DNA of 64,000 bases from the human T2T-CHM13v2.0 reference genome, Homo sapiens, in assembly GCF_009914755.1 (NCBI RefSeq), contig NC_060931.1; one strand, written 5' to 3'. A program made the translations under genes and the position numbers. The notes below the pieces were generated by a model. The model was not told where the DNA came from and ran no database searches. It saw nothing but the letters and a program-made list of their open reading frames with translations. Shown piece by piece: positions 28,191 to 40,152 of the stretch (position 1 is its first letter; the number at the start of each line of letters is the position of its first letter).

Positions 28191-28209
28191 ACAACTTCCC
28201 AAAACTTTT

Positions 28210-29360
28210 CTTAATATGTCCAAAGTCAATCATCTGATCTTCCTGACACCTGGATCTCCTTGATTTTCAGTCTTTTCATCACAGTTAATGGTAACTTCAT
28301 CATTCTAGTTTTTCAGGCCAAGTTTTAGCATCACCCATAACTCCTCCTCTTCTCTCACATCCTCACTCAGACCAATAACAAATCTTTTGGGTCTATCATC
28401 AAAATATCCAACAATGCTATATAACAAACCACTTTATGGTACTTTATAATAATGAGTATTATTGACTTGCTTATGAGTTTTCAGATTGATTGTGGATTGG
28501 CTGATCTAGTCTGGGCTCGGGTGGCTCTACTCTAAGCAGCACTTCTGGTTGGACTTGGCTCTTTGCTGTGGGTTAGGCTTAGGTCTACTATAAATGGCTC
28601 TCTGATGACAAGTCTGAAGGGTCAGCAGAAGTCAGGGAAAGTTCTTCTCACAGTGATGTGAGAAGAAGCACAAGAAGCACAAGACAGCAAGCAGAAACAT
28701 GGGATGTGTCTCAAGGCCAGGCTTGAACTGGTGCATTGTCATCTCATTGTCCAAAGTAAGTCACATAGCTGAGTTCAGACTTATGGATCAGAGACATGCC
28801 CTCTATTTCCAGCTGGAAGCTCTGCAAACTCACGTGACAAAGGGGTGAGTGCAGGATGGAATAAATAATCTCATTTACCACAAAGGCCTAACATATAGTG
28901 GCCCCTAATTACTTCTCTGAACTCACCTCCTCGTCCTCTCTTCTTTACTGAATCTCCTGCTCCAGCCACATTGGCCTTCTTGGCATTCCTTGGCCACACC
29001 AGACCAGGCAAAGCCCTCACATTGGCTCCTCCTGGACTATTCTACCCATTTTAGTCTACATGGCTTTCTTTCTTCTTTCAGGTCTATATTCAGAATGTGC
29101 ATTCCCAGTGAGGCATTCAGTGACCATGCTATTCAAAATTGCATTCCCTCCATCTTGGCATGCCTCTTACACTGCTCTCACCAAAAGCACTTTTACTTTG
29201 GAACAAACTGCACAATTCACTTAGTTGTTTTGACTATTGTCTGCATTCCTCCCACTAGTGTATAAGTTCCACGAAGTCAGGGGTTTTGCTTATTTTGCTT
29301 ACTGAGATATCCCTAACACCTATCTGGCACTGAATAGTTGCTGAAAATATTTAGTCATAA
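28210..29360 (+). mobile_element. L2a 3' region split by an MLT1H (28210-28409, 28883-29360)
   Basis: TAATATGTCCAAA, GCTCCAGCCACATTGGCCTTCTT, TAAGTTCCACGAAGTCAGGG. Confidence 0.8.
28410..28882 (-). mobile_element. MLT1H-like LTR
   Basis: AATGCTATATAACAAACCAC…GGCTTGAACTGGTGCATTGTCA…CAAAGTAAGTCACATAGC…TACCACA. Confidence 0.75.
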
Positions 29361-29555
29361 AATAATATAATAAAAGAAAACAATGATGTGGAAAAAAAGA
29401 AATATCAAGAAGAGTAACAAATCTGTATATTAAAGAAAACATAATTCAATCTGGAACAAGTAATATTTTCATAGCCATATTAATATAAATACCATTTATA
29501 TTACTGATTTTAATGAAATTCACACTGAATTTAACTAAAAACAACAATTTAACTA

Positions 29556-30845
29556 CAATAGACGTTCTCTTCAATATAATTGACTTGCCAGATTAACGGC
29601 ACTCTTCATTTCATTTGCAAATTACATTGACGGATTCCCATGTACACTGAATGCAAGCCTCTAGCATACCATTTTCTACTACCGCACTTCCATGGGCAAA
29701 CATCAACCTCTCTTCACTTTATTATCTTCATCTGTAAAATGAGATGTTAAAAGTTTATTTTCCAAAAAGACAAAATCATGATTCTCTAAGAAACATTAAA
29801 TGAATATGTATCAAAAATTGTATTCAGCTCATTGAGTAAAGCAGTAAGATGTTAACCCAGTACAAAGAGCATTTGAGAAGATATATATAATTTAATAATT
29901 AGAATAAGATTTCTAGGTCAAAAGCAAGACTGATAATATCCAACACAGTCATAAATCATACCTTTTGGGGTTACTTCTTCTTTCACACTTAAACTATTTG
30001 CATCTCTACCACACAAAAATATATAAATTAGCCTCTTCCTCTACATGGTTGTAAAATAGTCCAGTCAACAGAAAGTCAAATCCCAGTGGTGTACTGAAAG
30101 AGGACCCAGGAATCCCTTTTGGTTATTTCAAATTTCACATTATTTTTCTGAGAGGAATAATAACAGGACTTGTGAGATAGGACTATTAAGAGCTTAAAAT
30201 ATGTTAATATGTCTGAGCACTGAGGGCAGATCCTGGCATACAGTCAGTACTTAATAAATGCCCACTGTGACAGCAGGAGCAGGGGTGGGAGCCCAATCTA
30301 ACACCATATACTTGGTGCTCACTTGTGAGCTCCATGCTTCCCAAAATTCTGTGGGTTTTGTTTTCAAACCTATGTTGTATTTGTTATGGTAATTACTTGA
30401 TTTTGTTTCATATTACAAAAACTAACGAAATTAGGGTGAGACAAAGAGTTCTTTTTAAGGAAGCTAAGTTGAAAGCTTTCATAATGACAAATCACTAAAA
30501 ATATTGTTAAAAATTAGAGCGATAACTAGTAATGACTAAAGAGAATAATCCAAACTCTAGAAGTATTCTGTTCTCAGTTTGCTTTGCAAAGGTTTTTAAT
30601 TTCTTGCACTGCTTTAAAGAGACCAAAACTGCAACTCCATCCTAAAGATGTGCTCTGCATTTGGTTTTTGCAAGGCCCATACTAAAGAAGAAGTCCTTGG
30701 CCCTACTTCAAAGGATTATATGCTTTCTGTTATGATAAAATAATCAGGAATTTTATATGTAATTCATATGATACTTGCTTTAACTCACTATTTTCACATA
30801 AAGAATCAACTACCAGGCATGATTATGTTGGTAAGAAGGTCTCTA
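29556..30845 (+). mobile_element. Tigger15-like TcMar DNA transposon with internal MIR-containing segment
   Basis: TA on both flanks; imperfect TIRs CAATAGACGTTCTCTT / AAGAAGGTCTCTA; frameshifted remnant of a CENP-B-type HTH (…D V L C I W F L Q / G P I L K K K S L A L) at ~30615-30715. Confidence 0.55.
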
Positions 30846-31285
30846 TAATACATGGGAAAAATGAGAAATCATGTAGTGAGAAATCATGTAGGTGACATGT
30901 AAGAGAGCTAAATCTTCATCTATGGTAATGTCAGAGGTGTTTGAACCAGAGTGACTCCATCTTGAATAGGGTCCGGATGAAAGAAGGCTGAGACCTACTG
31001 GGCTGCATTCCCAAGAGGTTAGGTGTTCTCAGTCACAGGATGAGATTGGAGGTCGGCCTCAAGATACAGGTCAAAAAGTCCTTGCTGATAAAATGGGACC
31101 CAGTAAAGAAGCTAGCCAAAACCCACCAAAACCAAAATGGCAATGACAGTGACCTCTGGTTGTCCTCACTGTTCCTTATACATTAATTATAATGCATTAG
31201 CACACTAAAAAACACTCCCACCATGACAGTTTGCAAATGCCATGGCAACATCTGGAAGTTCTCCTATATAGTCTAGAAAGGGGAG

Positions 31286-32302
31286 TATTGGTGGAATCCA
31301 CCCCCAATATTTCAATGTAGGTTCTTTCTATTTTCCATAAGTGTCGGCCAGCTGAGAAATAAACAGAGACAGTACAAAGAGAGGAATTTTGCAGCTGGGC
31401 TGCCAGGGGTGACATCACATATCAGTAGGACCGTGCTGCCCGCCTGAGTCTCAGACCAGCAAGTTTTTATTAAGGGTTTCAAAAGGGGAGGGGGTGTAAG
31501 AACAGAGAGTAGGTACGAAGATCACATGCTTCGAAGGGCAAAAGGCAGAACTACTAGTAAAGGTCTAACAAAGATCACAAGGCAAAGGACAAAAGCAGAA
31601 CTATGATAAGTGTCTATGTTCAGCAGTGTACATATTGTCTTGATAAACATCTTAAATAACAGAAAACAGGGTTCAAGAGCAGAGAACTGGTCTGATCACA
31701 AATTTACCAGGGTGGAGATTTTCCCCACCCTAGTAAGCCTGACGGCACTGCAGACCAGGGTGTATCTCAGTCCCTATCTCAAACACGTAAGACAGACATT
31801 CCCAGAGTGGCCGTTTATAGACCTCCACCTAGGAATGCATTCTTTTCCCAGGGTATTAATATTAATATTTCTTGCTAGGAAAGGAATTTAGTGATATCTC
31901 TCCTACTTGCACGTCCATTTATAGGCTCTCTGCAAGAAGAAAAATATGGCTCTTTTTGCCCAACCCCACAGGCAGTCAGACCTTACGGTTGTCTTCCCTT
32001 GTTCCCTAAAAATCACTGTTATTCTGCTCTTTTTCAAGGTGCACTGATTTCTTATTGTCCAAACACACGTGTTTTACAATCAATTTGTACAGTTAACACA
32101 ATTGTCACAGTGGTCCTGAGGTGACGTACATCCTTAGCTTACGAAGATAACAGGATTAAGAGATTAAAGTAAAGACAGGCATAAGAAATTATAAAAGTAT
32201 TATTTGGGAAGTGATAAATGTCCATGAAATCTTCACAATTTATGTTCCTCTGCCACGGCTCCAGCCGGTCCCTCTGTTCAGGGTCCCTGACTTCCTGCAA
32301 CA
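31286..32302 (-). mobile_element. MER11 (C-like) solo LTR of HERV-K(HML-8)
   Basis: Minus strand starts TGTTGCAGGAAGTCAGGGACCC…CATAAATTGTGAAGATTTCATGGAC; ~1 kb; TSD GGGGAG/GGGAAG. Confidence 0.92.
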
Positions 32303-32317
32303 GGGAAGAACCCTCAG

Positions 32318-32326
32318 TTCTGGGAA
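32318..32326 (+). promoter_or_regulatory. GAS (STAT) motif TTCTGGGAA in MER41B
   Basis: TTCNNNGAA at the position of the known MER41B STAT1 site. Confidence 0.5.
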
Positions 32327-33098
32327 ATCCTTGCTCCTTTCCTAGAGAACTCATGAATAATCCACCCCTTGTTTAGCATATAATCAAGAAATAACTATAA
32401 GTATACTCAGTTGAGCAACCCATCTCCCTGCTCAGCCTATGGAGCAGTCATTCTTTATTCCATTCCTTTCGTAATAAACTTGCTTTCACGTTACTCTATG
32501 CACTTGTCCCAAATTCTTTCTTGTGTGAGGTCCAAGAGCCCTCGCTTGAAGTCTGGGTCAGGACCCCTTTCCGGTAACAGTAACGGTTAGTAAATAGAAA
32601 ATATCTCAAATTGGTAAACCTAGAAATAATAGCAGAGACGTATGTGGAGATAGAGAGTTAACATATAAAGAATCAACACAGGAATTAAAGTGTTTGCCTC
32701 TAGAGTGTAGGACTATTGGCTGGGGAGGCTTGGAGCAAAAGACACTATTATCGGAGTTTGGCGCCACTTAATGATTTTAAGCATGTGCATATATTACTTC
32801 AGTAAAATAATTTTTTAAGTGATGGGGAGAGGAAGCTGTGAAGATAGCTCATGAAAACTCTACCATCTCTTATGGTCTTTAAATAATCAAAGATGTGATT
32901 TTTCTCTCATTTCCATTGGATGGCTTATTCTACTGCTAATTAAAGCTGTTTTCTTTTTATGCTTTAATTCTATTAAAGTAATATTTTAAATTTAAAATTT
33001 AAATTTTTAATTTTTAATAAAAATTATGTTATTCTATTAAATTGATAGTTTTTCTTTTCTTTGAATTTGCATTTTAACTATCTTTAATATTTACTATC

Positions 33099-33580
33099 TG
33101 TGCTGTTTTAACACACTTCCACAAATTCTTTGATTTTTCTCCCGCCTTAAATGTGGGCTCGTGCTGACACTGAAGTGTGACAGAAATAAAGCAGTGCGAC
33201 TCCGGATGACAGATCATAAAAGGTATTTTGGCTTTTATTCTACTCTCTCTCTTGGGTCATTCACTCTGGGGGAAGCAGCTGCCATATTGGAAGGATGCTC
33301 CTGCTGACCTATGGAGAGTCTCCTAGGAGAAACTGAGGCCTCCTGATGACTGCCACGTGACTGAGCCTGGAAGCAGACCCTCCAGCTGCATTCACATCTC
33401 CAGATGACTGCAGCCCTGGAAGACACCTTGATTGCAAGTGCATGAGAAACCCAGAGCCAGAACCACCCAGCTCAATCACACCCAAGTTCATGATTCACAG
33501 AAACTGAGATAATAAATGCCTGATGTGCTAAGCCACTTAGTTCTGGGATAATTTCTTACAGGCAGTAGATAACTAATACA
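33099..33580 (+). mobile_element. MLT1F-like MaLR LTR
   Basis: CACAAATTCTTTGA, CACTCTGGGGGAAGC, CAGATGACTGCAGCCC, TAGATAACTAATACA. Confidence 0.85.
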
Positions 33581-34638
33581 CCATGAAAGTAATATAGATC
33601 TGGTCCATCTGGCCTTTTCTCAAGAAGTAATTCCATTCCAGAGACGTTGATATTCAACACTTTTCATCAAGGAGAGATGATGAAGAATTCCTCCCAGATT
33701 GAAATGAAGGTCACCCTAGAAGCACAGATTATGCAAAGAGCACTACAAGAATACTTAACACTTGCATAAGATTTATTTTAGTTTATTCAGGCCCTAGAAT
33801 CTTTCCTTAAGTCATTTGCAAGTTAAAATATAACAGCTTAACTGCTAGTGGTTTTACATTTTTCTCTTCCCCGTTCTTTTGATTTACTTACCTATGTAAT
33901 AGCCCATTGATCAAGATCCTCCCTACACCTGAATTATACCCTCAAGGAGGAAACATAAGGAATTGTAAGGGACAGCAAGGCTATAGGTCAGGAATGCTCC
34001 TCAGGTCATAGCATGGAAACTAGTACCAAGGCAGAACTTGCTGTCTGTGTAATTTATAAAAGATTTTGTTTTGGTTGTTTACAATTCCAAAACTTCCTTA
34101 CAGAGATTCCTAATATTTACACAGTCTGCAAGGGCCAAAAATAGACTGTTAGGAGAGGATGGAAGAACAGAGAAAGGTACAGAGAGATGACACAGAAGGG
34201 AAATGGAGAAAAGCCTGCTACATCCCCATGTGTTGCGTGCAAGCTGGTCTGACAATTAGTCTCCATGGTGGGCTCTGCAAAGTGTGTTTCACATGAATGG
34301 CTTCTGACTCACAATACCTTTGACTGTTATTATTCCATATCTCAAAGGCCATTCTACTTGCCATTTCACATCATCGATTCATATGGTGTGATTCATTGTC
34401 ATCTTCCATTCATTGCAACTAACTTTGGAATGACTCTTTTTCTCTGCAAGTCTCTTTCCCATAAACTCAACCATTTTTATCCTGTTTCCCAAGGAGTATT
34501 AGTCTATATTTTTCCAAATTTGATTCAGTTGTTATGTTACTCTTGCATTTCTTCCCACGGACTAAGTATTACAAACTCTTGTAATACAAAAGTATCACAA
34601 GACTTGCCAGTAAAGTCTTTGAGAAGCCATATGCTAAC

Positions 34639-35149
34639 TGCATTAGTCAGGAAGCTTTCAATTTCAAGTGACAGAAATCTAACTCCAACTCAATCAAGCC
34701 TAAAAAGGACTTCATTTGCTCACATCACAAAGAAGGGCAGGGGTATAGCTGGGGAAAAATGGAACAAGGATCTTGACACAGCCACTCTCTGTCCCCTTCT
34801 GCTTTGCTTCTCTGCTTGTGAATTTCATTCTCTCCTACTGCTAAAGGACTTTTCTCCATGAGAAAAACATATGTAAGCAGTTCAGTTGTTACAAACTTAC
34901 AGGTTTGCCAGAAGAGAGAACAAAAGGTCTTTCACTCCCAAACAGTGTGAGGAATTCTGGTGACCGGTTTCAATTTGGTCTAATGTGAGTTGCATGCCCA
35001 TCTTGGACATGTGGAGACAGGACACTGGGAAGGAAATCAAAGAAGATTAGCTAGAAACTCATAGACAGAGGAGAAGAGGAGGGTGCTATTTTCAGATAAA
35101 GAGCGGTGAAGGAGTGATGTGCATACAGAAATACTGTGGATATACTACA
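34639..35149 (-). mobile_element. MLT1J/K-like MaLR LTR
   Basis: TGCATTAGTCAGGA…CAAGTGACAGAAA…ACTACA; TSD CTAAC/CTGAC. Confidence 0.65.
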
Positions 35150-35204
35150 CTGACTGTCCAGATTCATAGTTGTATATGATCTATAACAAACTAAACACCC
35201 GGGG

Positions 35205-36155
35205 AACTAGGGAAATATTTGCAAAACATACAACTGATGTGTCTAGTACCTAGAATATACAAAGAACTGTTACAATTGAAAAATTAAAAAGGCATAAAAA
35301 TCAATTTAAAAATAGGTGAAAGATTCATATAGACATTTCCCCAAAGAAAATATATAAATGACCAATAAGCATGTGTAAAGAGGTGCAGCATCATTAGTCC
35401 CCGGGGAAATGCCAATCAAAACCACAATGAGATAGCAATTCATATCCATAAGGATGGCTATAATTAAAAACAAACCAAAACAGAAAATATTAAGTGTTGG
35501 GGAGGATGTGGAGAAATTTCAGAATCCTCATTAGTGAGAATGTAAAATGGTGCAGCTGCTATGCAAAACCGTTTGTCAGCTTTATAAAAAGCTAAACAGA
35601 GAGTTACCGAATGATCCAACAATTCCACTCCTAAGTATATACCCAAGAGAGATGAAACAACATACCCACACGAAAAAATTGTACACAAATGTTCATAGCA
35701 GCTTTATATTTCATAGTTAAAAAATAAAAAGGACTCATAAGCTGATGAGTAGATAAGCAAACGCGGTATATCATTATAATGGAATGTTACTTATCCATAA
35801 AAGGGATGAAGTTGTTACATGCTACAACAGGATGAATATTGAAAACATTATTCTAAGTGAAAGATGCCAGACATAAAAGACCACATATTGTCTGATTCTA
35901 TGTATAGGAAATGTCCAGAATAGGCCAATCCACTTAGAAAGAAAATAGATGAGTAGTTGCCAGGGGCTGAAGAAAAAAGAAAATGGGGAGATTGTTCACG
36001 GGTAAGAGATTTTGGGAGTGGATGGTAACGATGTTCTAGAATTAAATAATAATGATGGTTGTTCAACCTGGTGAATGTACTAAAAGCTACTGAAGTATAC
36101 ATGTTAAAATGGTTATTTGGTATGGTATATGAATTATACATCAATAATAATGAAT
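35205..36155 (+). mobile_element. L1MB 3' end
   Basis: ATCAAAACCACAATGAGATA, GAGAATGTAAAATGGTGCAGC, GAATTATACATCAATAA. Confidence 0.9.
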
Positions 36156-36349
36156 TAAACAATTTTTGGTCCATTCTGATCATCATTTAGTTGGGGTGTT
36201 TTTCCTTTTTTTTTTTGGCGTGACATTTTTGCATCTGTCCTAGTTTCAAGTTCCTTACCAAATGATTTTGTGAAATGTATACACATTAATTGGCTCTTTT
36301 CCTACAAAGAATAAAAAAAAAAGCCTCTAAGAATGCTAGTTCTAAAATA

Positions 36350-36441
36350 TGTGTGTGTGTGTGTGCATGTGTGTGTGTGTGTGTATGTATAGATATAGAT
36401 ATAGATATAGATATAGATATAGATATAGATATAGATATAGA
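36350..36441. repeat. Compound microsatellite: interrupted (TG)n followed by (TATAGA)9
   Basis: Direct count; hexamer array 36388-36441. Confidence 0.95.
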
Positions 36442-36917
36442 TATATGTACACATTCCTTCATGGGTTTTATTTAATTCATTCTGGAAAGTATTTTTGTCA
36501 ACACTTCTCTTACAAGACTCCTTAATCAACCATGGCCATGAACTCTAAGGTATTTTTTCAAGCTATAATAATGACATTATTCCACCAAAAGGGCTTCCTT
36601 TGTAATCCTGTTAAAATATTTGCAAAAAAGAGAATTCCAAATACTTTGAATTATCCAGCATGCTACTAGTGGAGAGGCAGCTAGAAATGATAAATCCTAG
36701 CACTTCCTAAGAAATTCCTAACAGCAATTAAGCCTGTTTCGCAGTGTTACTGTACTGCTTAGAAAGGAAAGATACTCAGATACATGAGGGAGGGAGAGAA
36801 AGGAAGGCACAGAAAGCAAGAGAGAGAACAAAATTGTTGCAATTATCTTGGTATTAATTCTTTTTGACCAGAATGTCATCCATTTTGACTAGAAATCATC
36901 CATGCAGGAGTTGAGAT

Positions 36918-37732
36918 TGTAGTGGAGTCCAAAGCTCACACTGCTCACCACACGACAGCCAACACATTGAAAGACAAGGTGTTGGAAGACGACTTTACTT
37001 CAGAGAGAGCCAGCAGAACAGCGTCCTAAATAACTATCTTAGAATGCATGAATCTCAAGCTTCTTTTTATACTGGGGAAGAGGGAAGAAGGAGGTGGCTG
37101 GTGACCACAGACATCTGAGCATCAGCAGAAGTCCAAGGAGGATGCAAAACTTCTTTGTCCTTGGTCAGGTCACAATGCTCCTATAAATCTTCAACATAAC
37201 ATTGTTACTTGTGCATATGTCCTCCTTATCTCCTCGAGGGTTACTTTGGGGCAGGCACTGTTATCATCTTTGCTTTAAAATTAAACTATAGGCTGGATGT
37301 GTTTGTTCAGGCTTGTAATCCCAGCAATTTGGGAGGCCGAGGCAGGAGGATGGCTTGAGGCCAGAATTTTGAGACTAGCCTAGGCAACAAAGAGAGACCC
37401 TGTCTCTACAGAAAAAGTTAAACAATTAGCCAGGCATGGTGGTGTGTGCCTGTAATCCCAGCTACTTGGGAGGCTGGGGTGGGAGGATCATTTGAATCTG
37501 GGAGTCATGTTTGTGCCACTACACTCCGGCCTGGGAGACAGAGTGAGACCCTGTCTCAAAAAAATAAATAAATAAATAAATAAATAAATAAAAATTAAAA
37601 ATAAAGTTAAACTGGAAACTAAATTCCTCCCATAGTTAGCTTGGCCTACGTGCAAAAACGGGCAATGGCAGTTAGCTTGTGAGGTCACATGCAAGAAGGA
37701 GTCAGCTGTATTAGATTTCTCTCACTGTTACA
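36918..37732 (-). mobile_element. ERV1 (MER4-group) solo LTR, subfamily uncertain, containing an AluJ
   Basis: TG…CA ends with perfect 4-bp TSD AGAT. The minus strand starts TGTAACAGTGAGAGAAATCTAA…GACTCC, LTR8/MER4-group-like. Confidence 0.75.
37291..37602 (+). mobile_element. AluJ with ~17-nt right-arm deletion and (TAAA)n tail
   Basis: GGAGGATGGCTTGAGGCC and GAGACCCTGTCTC; TSD AAA(A/G)TTAAACT. Confidence 0.92.
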
Positions 37733-37939
37733 AGATTAGCTCTACATATGTTTTAAAAGTTCAAACTACAATTTTCTTATTCATTTAGAAATAATTGAAA
37801 AATCAACATGTGAGTACTAAATTATCAAAATTACCATTGATAAAACCTAACCTAGCTCTCCCAGTGTGCGAAAGCAATGCTGAGCATTATTTATATATTC
37901 TTCCATATCTACTAGTGAAGTAAATAGTGAATAGAAATG

Positions 37940-38547
37940 CCACTGGTCTTGGACTCAGAAACTTAAGGTTGAAGTTCAAGTCCATCATGGCCTAACCATC
38001 TGTATGGTCTTTGAGTCACTGAATCTATTTGGGTCTCAATTTTCTTATCTATGAAGAATATTTTTCTGCAGTCTGTGCAGAGATAGCTCATGTCATTCAG
38101 GTCTCAGGTTAAAATGTCCTCTGCTCAGAGCTGCCTTTGATGGTCATGTCATCTAAACTAGCTGTCCATCCCACAGCCACCTATTTGAATTATCTGAATA
38201 GCACTTAGGACTCTTCAGTTACTTTTTCCTCATTTAATTGTTTATTATGTACTCTTTGTTTTATTGTCTGCTACCCCTGGCAAAATACAAGCTTCAGGGA
38301 GGGAAAAAACAAAAAACAACAAAAAAAAAACACCTGCCTACTGGTTCACCAGTGCATCACCAGTGCCTGGCACAAAAATAGGCATGCAATAAATAGTTGA
38401 TGAATGAATAAGTGAATAAATATAAAAGGGGCTCAAACTGGTGCCCTGCCAGCTTTCAAAGGCTCTTGTGAGGACCACAAAGAGGAAGTAGATGCGACCA
38501 TGGCTTAGAATGATGGAACACTCTGCAAATGGAAGATTTTATTACTC
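37940..38547 (+). mobile_element. MIR interrupted by an L2a 3' end (38060-38420)
   Basis: MIR 5' half to TCTCAATTTTCTTATCT; L2 end CAATAAATAGTTGATGAATGAA; MIR resumes TTGTGAGGA. Confidence 0.65.
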
Positions 38548-39243
38548 TGATTTTAATTTTCCTTCAAGGTTAACAACATGTTTCTACCCATAACTTCATG
38601 AATTATTTTCATAGCTAATAAATTCTCCACATGGAATGTAAGATGGCTCTCCAATTTTCTGAAGCAATTTCACTTAGAAAAAATAAAAAAAAAAACACAA
38701 TGAAATTCACAAAGATAATTATGTCAGGGTCCATGTCCTAATTACAGTTTCTTAGCAAGAGTTAGTTCAAATTTCTTCGTTTCCGTAGCCAATGGAACCT
38801 CAGGACTTGAGTGCTTTCCCACAGCATTCCATAAGAGGTCACAAAAGAAAGAGGAGGCAGGGAAGAGCATGCCGGCTTGTGTGCATGTGGGTCTCACATT
38901 CTCCACCTCAACGTCTTCTCTGATGGCCTGTCTTACTCAACCTCTCAAGTGATGGCAAAGTAGGTGGCAAGTCACAGACCTCATGATGAAACTCTGGCCT
39001 CTATGTTCTTGTTCAAAGCTGACTGCACAAAGCCCTGCCTTTTTCTTAAGTCTTCATGATTTATAGGAGGCTGTAGAATAAATATCAGGCTGGAGCCTTG
39101 CTCAACATGTTGTCATTGCCTGAGTATGAATTCCTGAGCTATGGAATCACTTGCTTTTCCTACTGGGGGTTGGTGAGTTGGAACGCTTCAAGATGTCAGT
39201 GTGGAATCTTCTAAATCCACCCGGCTTCCTGAATATTATGAAA

Positions 39244-39483
39244 ACATAGTGGTTAAGATTATTATCTTTGGAGTCAGCGAGACCTGGGTCACAAACAACT
39301 CCATCACCTATGATCTCTGCAACTTTGGCCAATTTCTCGCCTCTCTAAGTCTCAGTTTCTCCAACTTTAAATGGGGTGATACCATCAACTATCTTAGAAA
39401 ACTGTTCGGATTAACTGGAAAAATGCATATGAAGCCCTTCACATAGTGCCTGGGATAACAGGCTTACTTATTGTTAATTATTG
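39244..39483 (+). mobile_element. MIR, near full length
   Basis: CATAGTGGTTAAGA…TCTCAGTTTCTC…TAAATGGGG…CATAGTGCCTGG. Confidence 0.85.
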
Positions 39484-39883
39484 TATGACAAGTCCACAAA
39501 TATAGAACTATATGTGCTAAAATTCAAGGTTGAGAGAAAAAGTAAACTCTTCTAAACTTCAGTCTCCAGTATCCAGAACCACACAGGCATGATTGCTGCA
39601 TAACTGAAAGTTAGTTTATAAAAATCTTTTTGCTTTTGAATACTCTTCTCAAGTGTATGGGTTTAATGCTTTGGTGCATTAATAGTAATAGATACATAGT
39701 TTTAAATTCTGTAATATACCTAATAATTATATATATATATATTTTTTTTAATTTATAAAGTGGTAAGAGCCACTTTATAAAGTACATTGAAATCAAAGGG
39801 TCAGGTCTTTAGCTCTGTTTCTTTTCTTGAATAAGTCCTGAGCCCTTAGGAGCCTCAGTTTACTCTTTGTGATAAAATTAGAT

Positions 39884-40152
39884 CATTGATCCCCAAAATG
39901 AATTCTCCAGAACATTAGTTCTGGGAGATGACAAATAGTGTTTAATAGTCAAATTCTATTTGGAAAAAGATAAGTAACAGCTGTCTTTACCATAGAATTT
40001 CCCAAATGCTTTGAGCTCCAATTTGGTCATATGTATTTCCCTATGGAAATGTAGTTTTCTGTATTTCCCAAATATAATTAATTAGAGAATTGTTTAATAT
40101 CATCAGGCATCTTGTAGGACTAGAGTTCTAAGAAATATTTTATGAAATGTAG
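39884..40152. mobile_element. Possible MER112-like hAT MITE inside a MIR3 fragment
   Basis: CCCCAAAATG…AGAACATTAGTTC start and matching end; MIR3-like flanks (GCCTCAGTTT; AAGGTCCCTTCCAAATCTAA). Confidence 0.4.

Larger units (their letters stand above)
30929..32579 (+). mobile_element. MER41B solo LTR (ERV1), split by MER11C (30929-31285, 32303-32579)
   Basis: TGTCAGAGGTGTTTGAACCAGAG…GGACCCCTTTCCGGTAACA; perfect 4-bp TSD GTAA. Confidence 0.92.
29380..32815 (+). mobile_element. L1MC5-like 3' region, split by a Tigger and by MER41B (pieces 29380-29555, 30846-30928, 32580-32815)
   Basis: Colinear motifs CACTGAATTTAACTAAAAA | TGTAAGAGAGCTAAATCTTCATC | AAAGTGTTTGCCTCTAG. Confidence 0.5.

Noticed and set aside
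34265-34861. Longest ORF (198 aa)
   Set aside because: No recognisable domain, and its 3' third runs through an antisense MLT1 LTR. Consistent with a chance ORF.
36290-36529. ORFs with (DI)n, (YI)n and (CV)n repeats
   Set aside because: Artefacts of the microsatellite.
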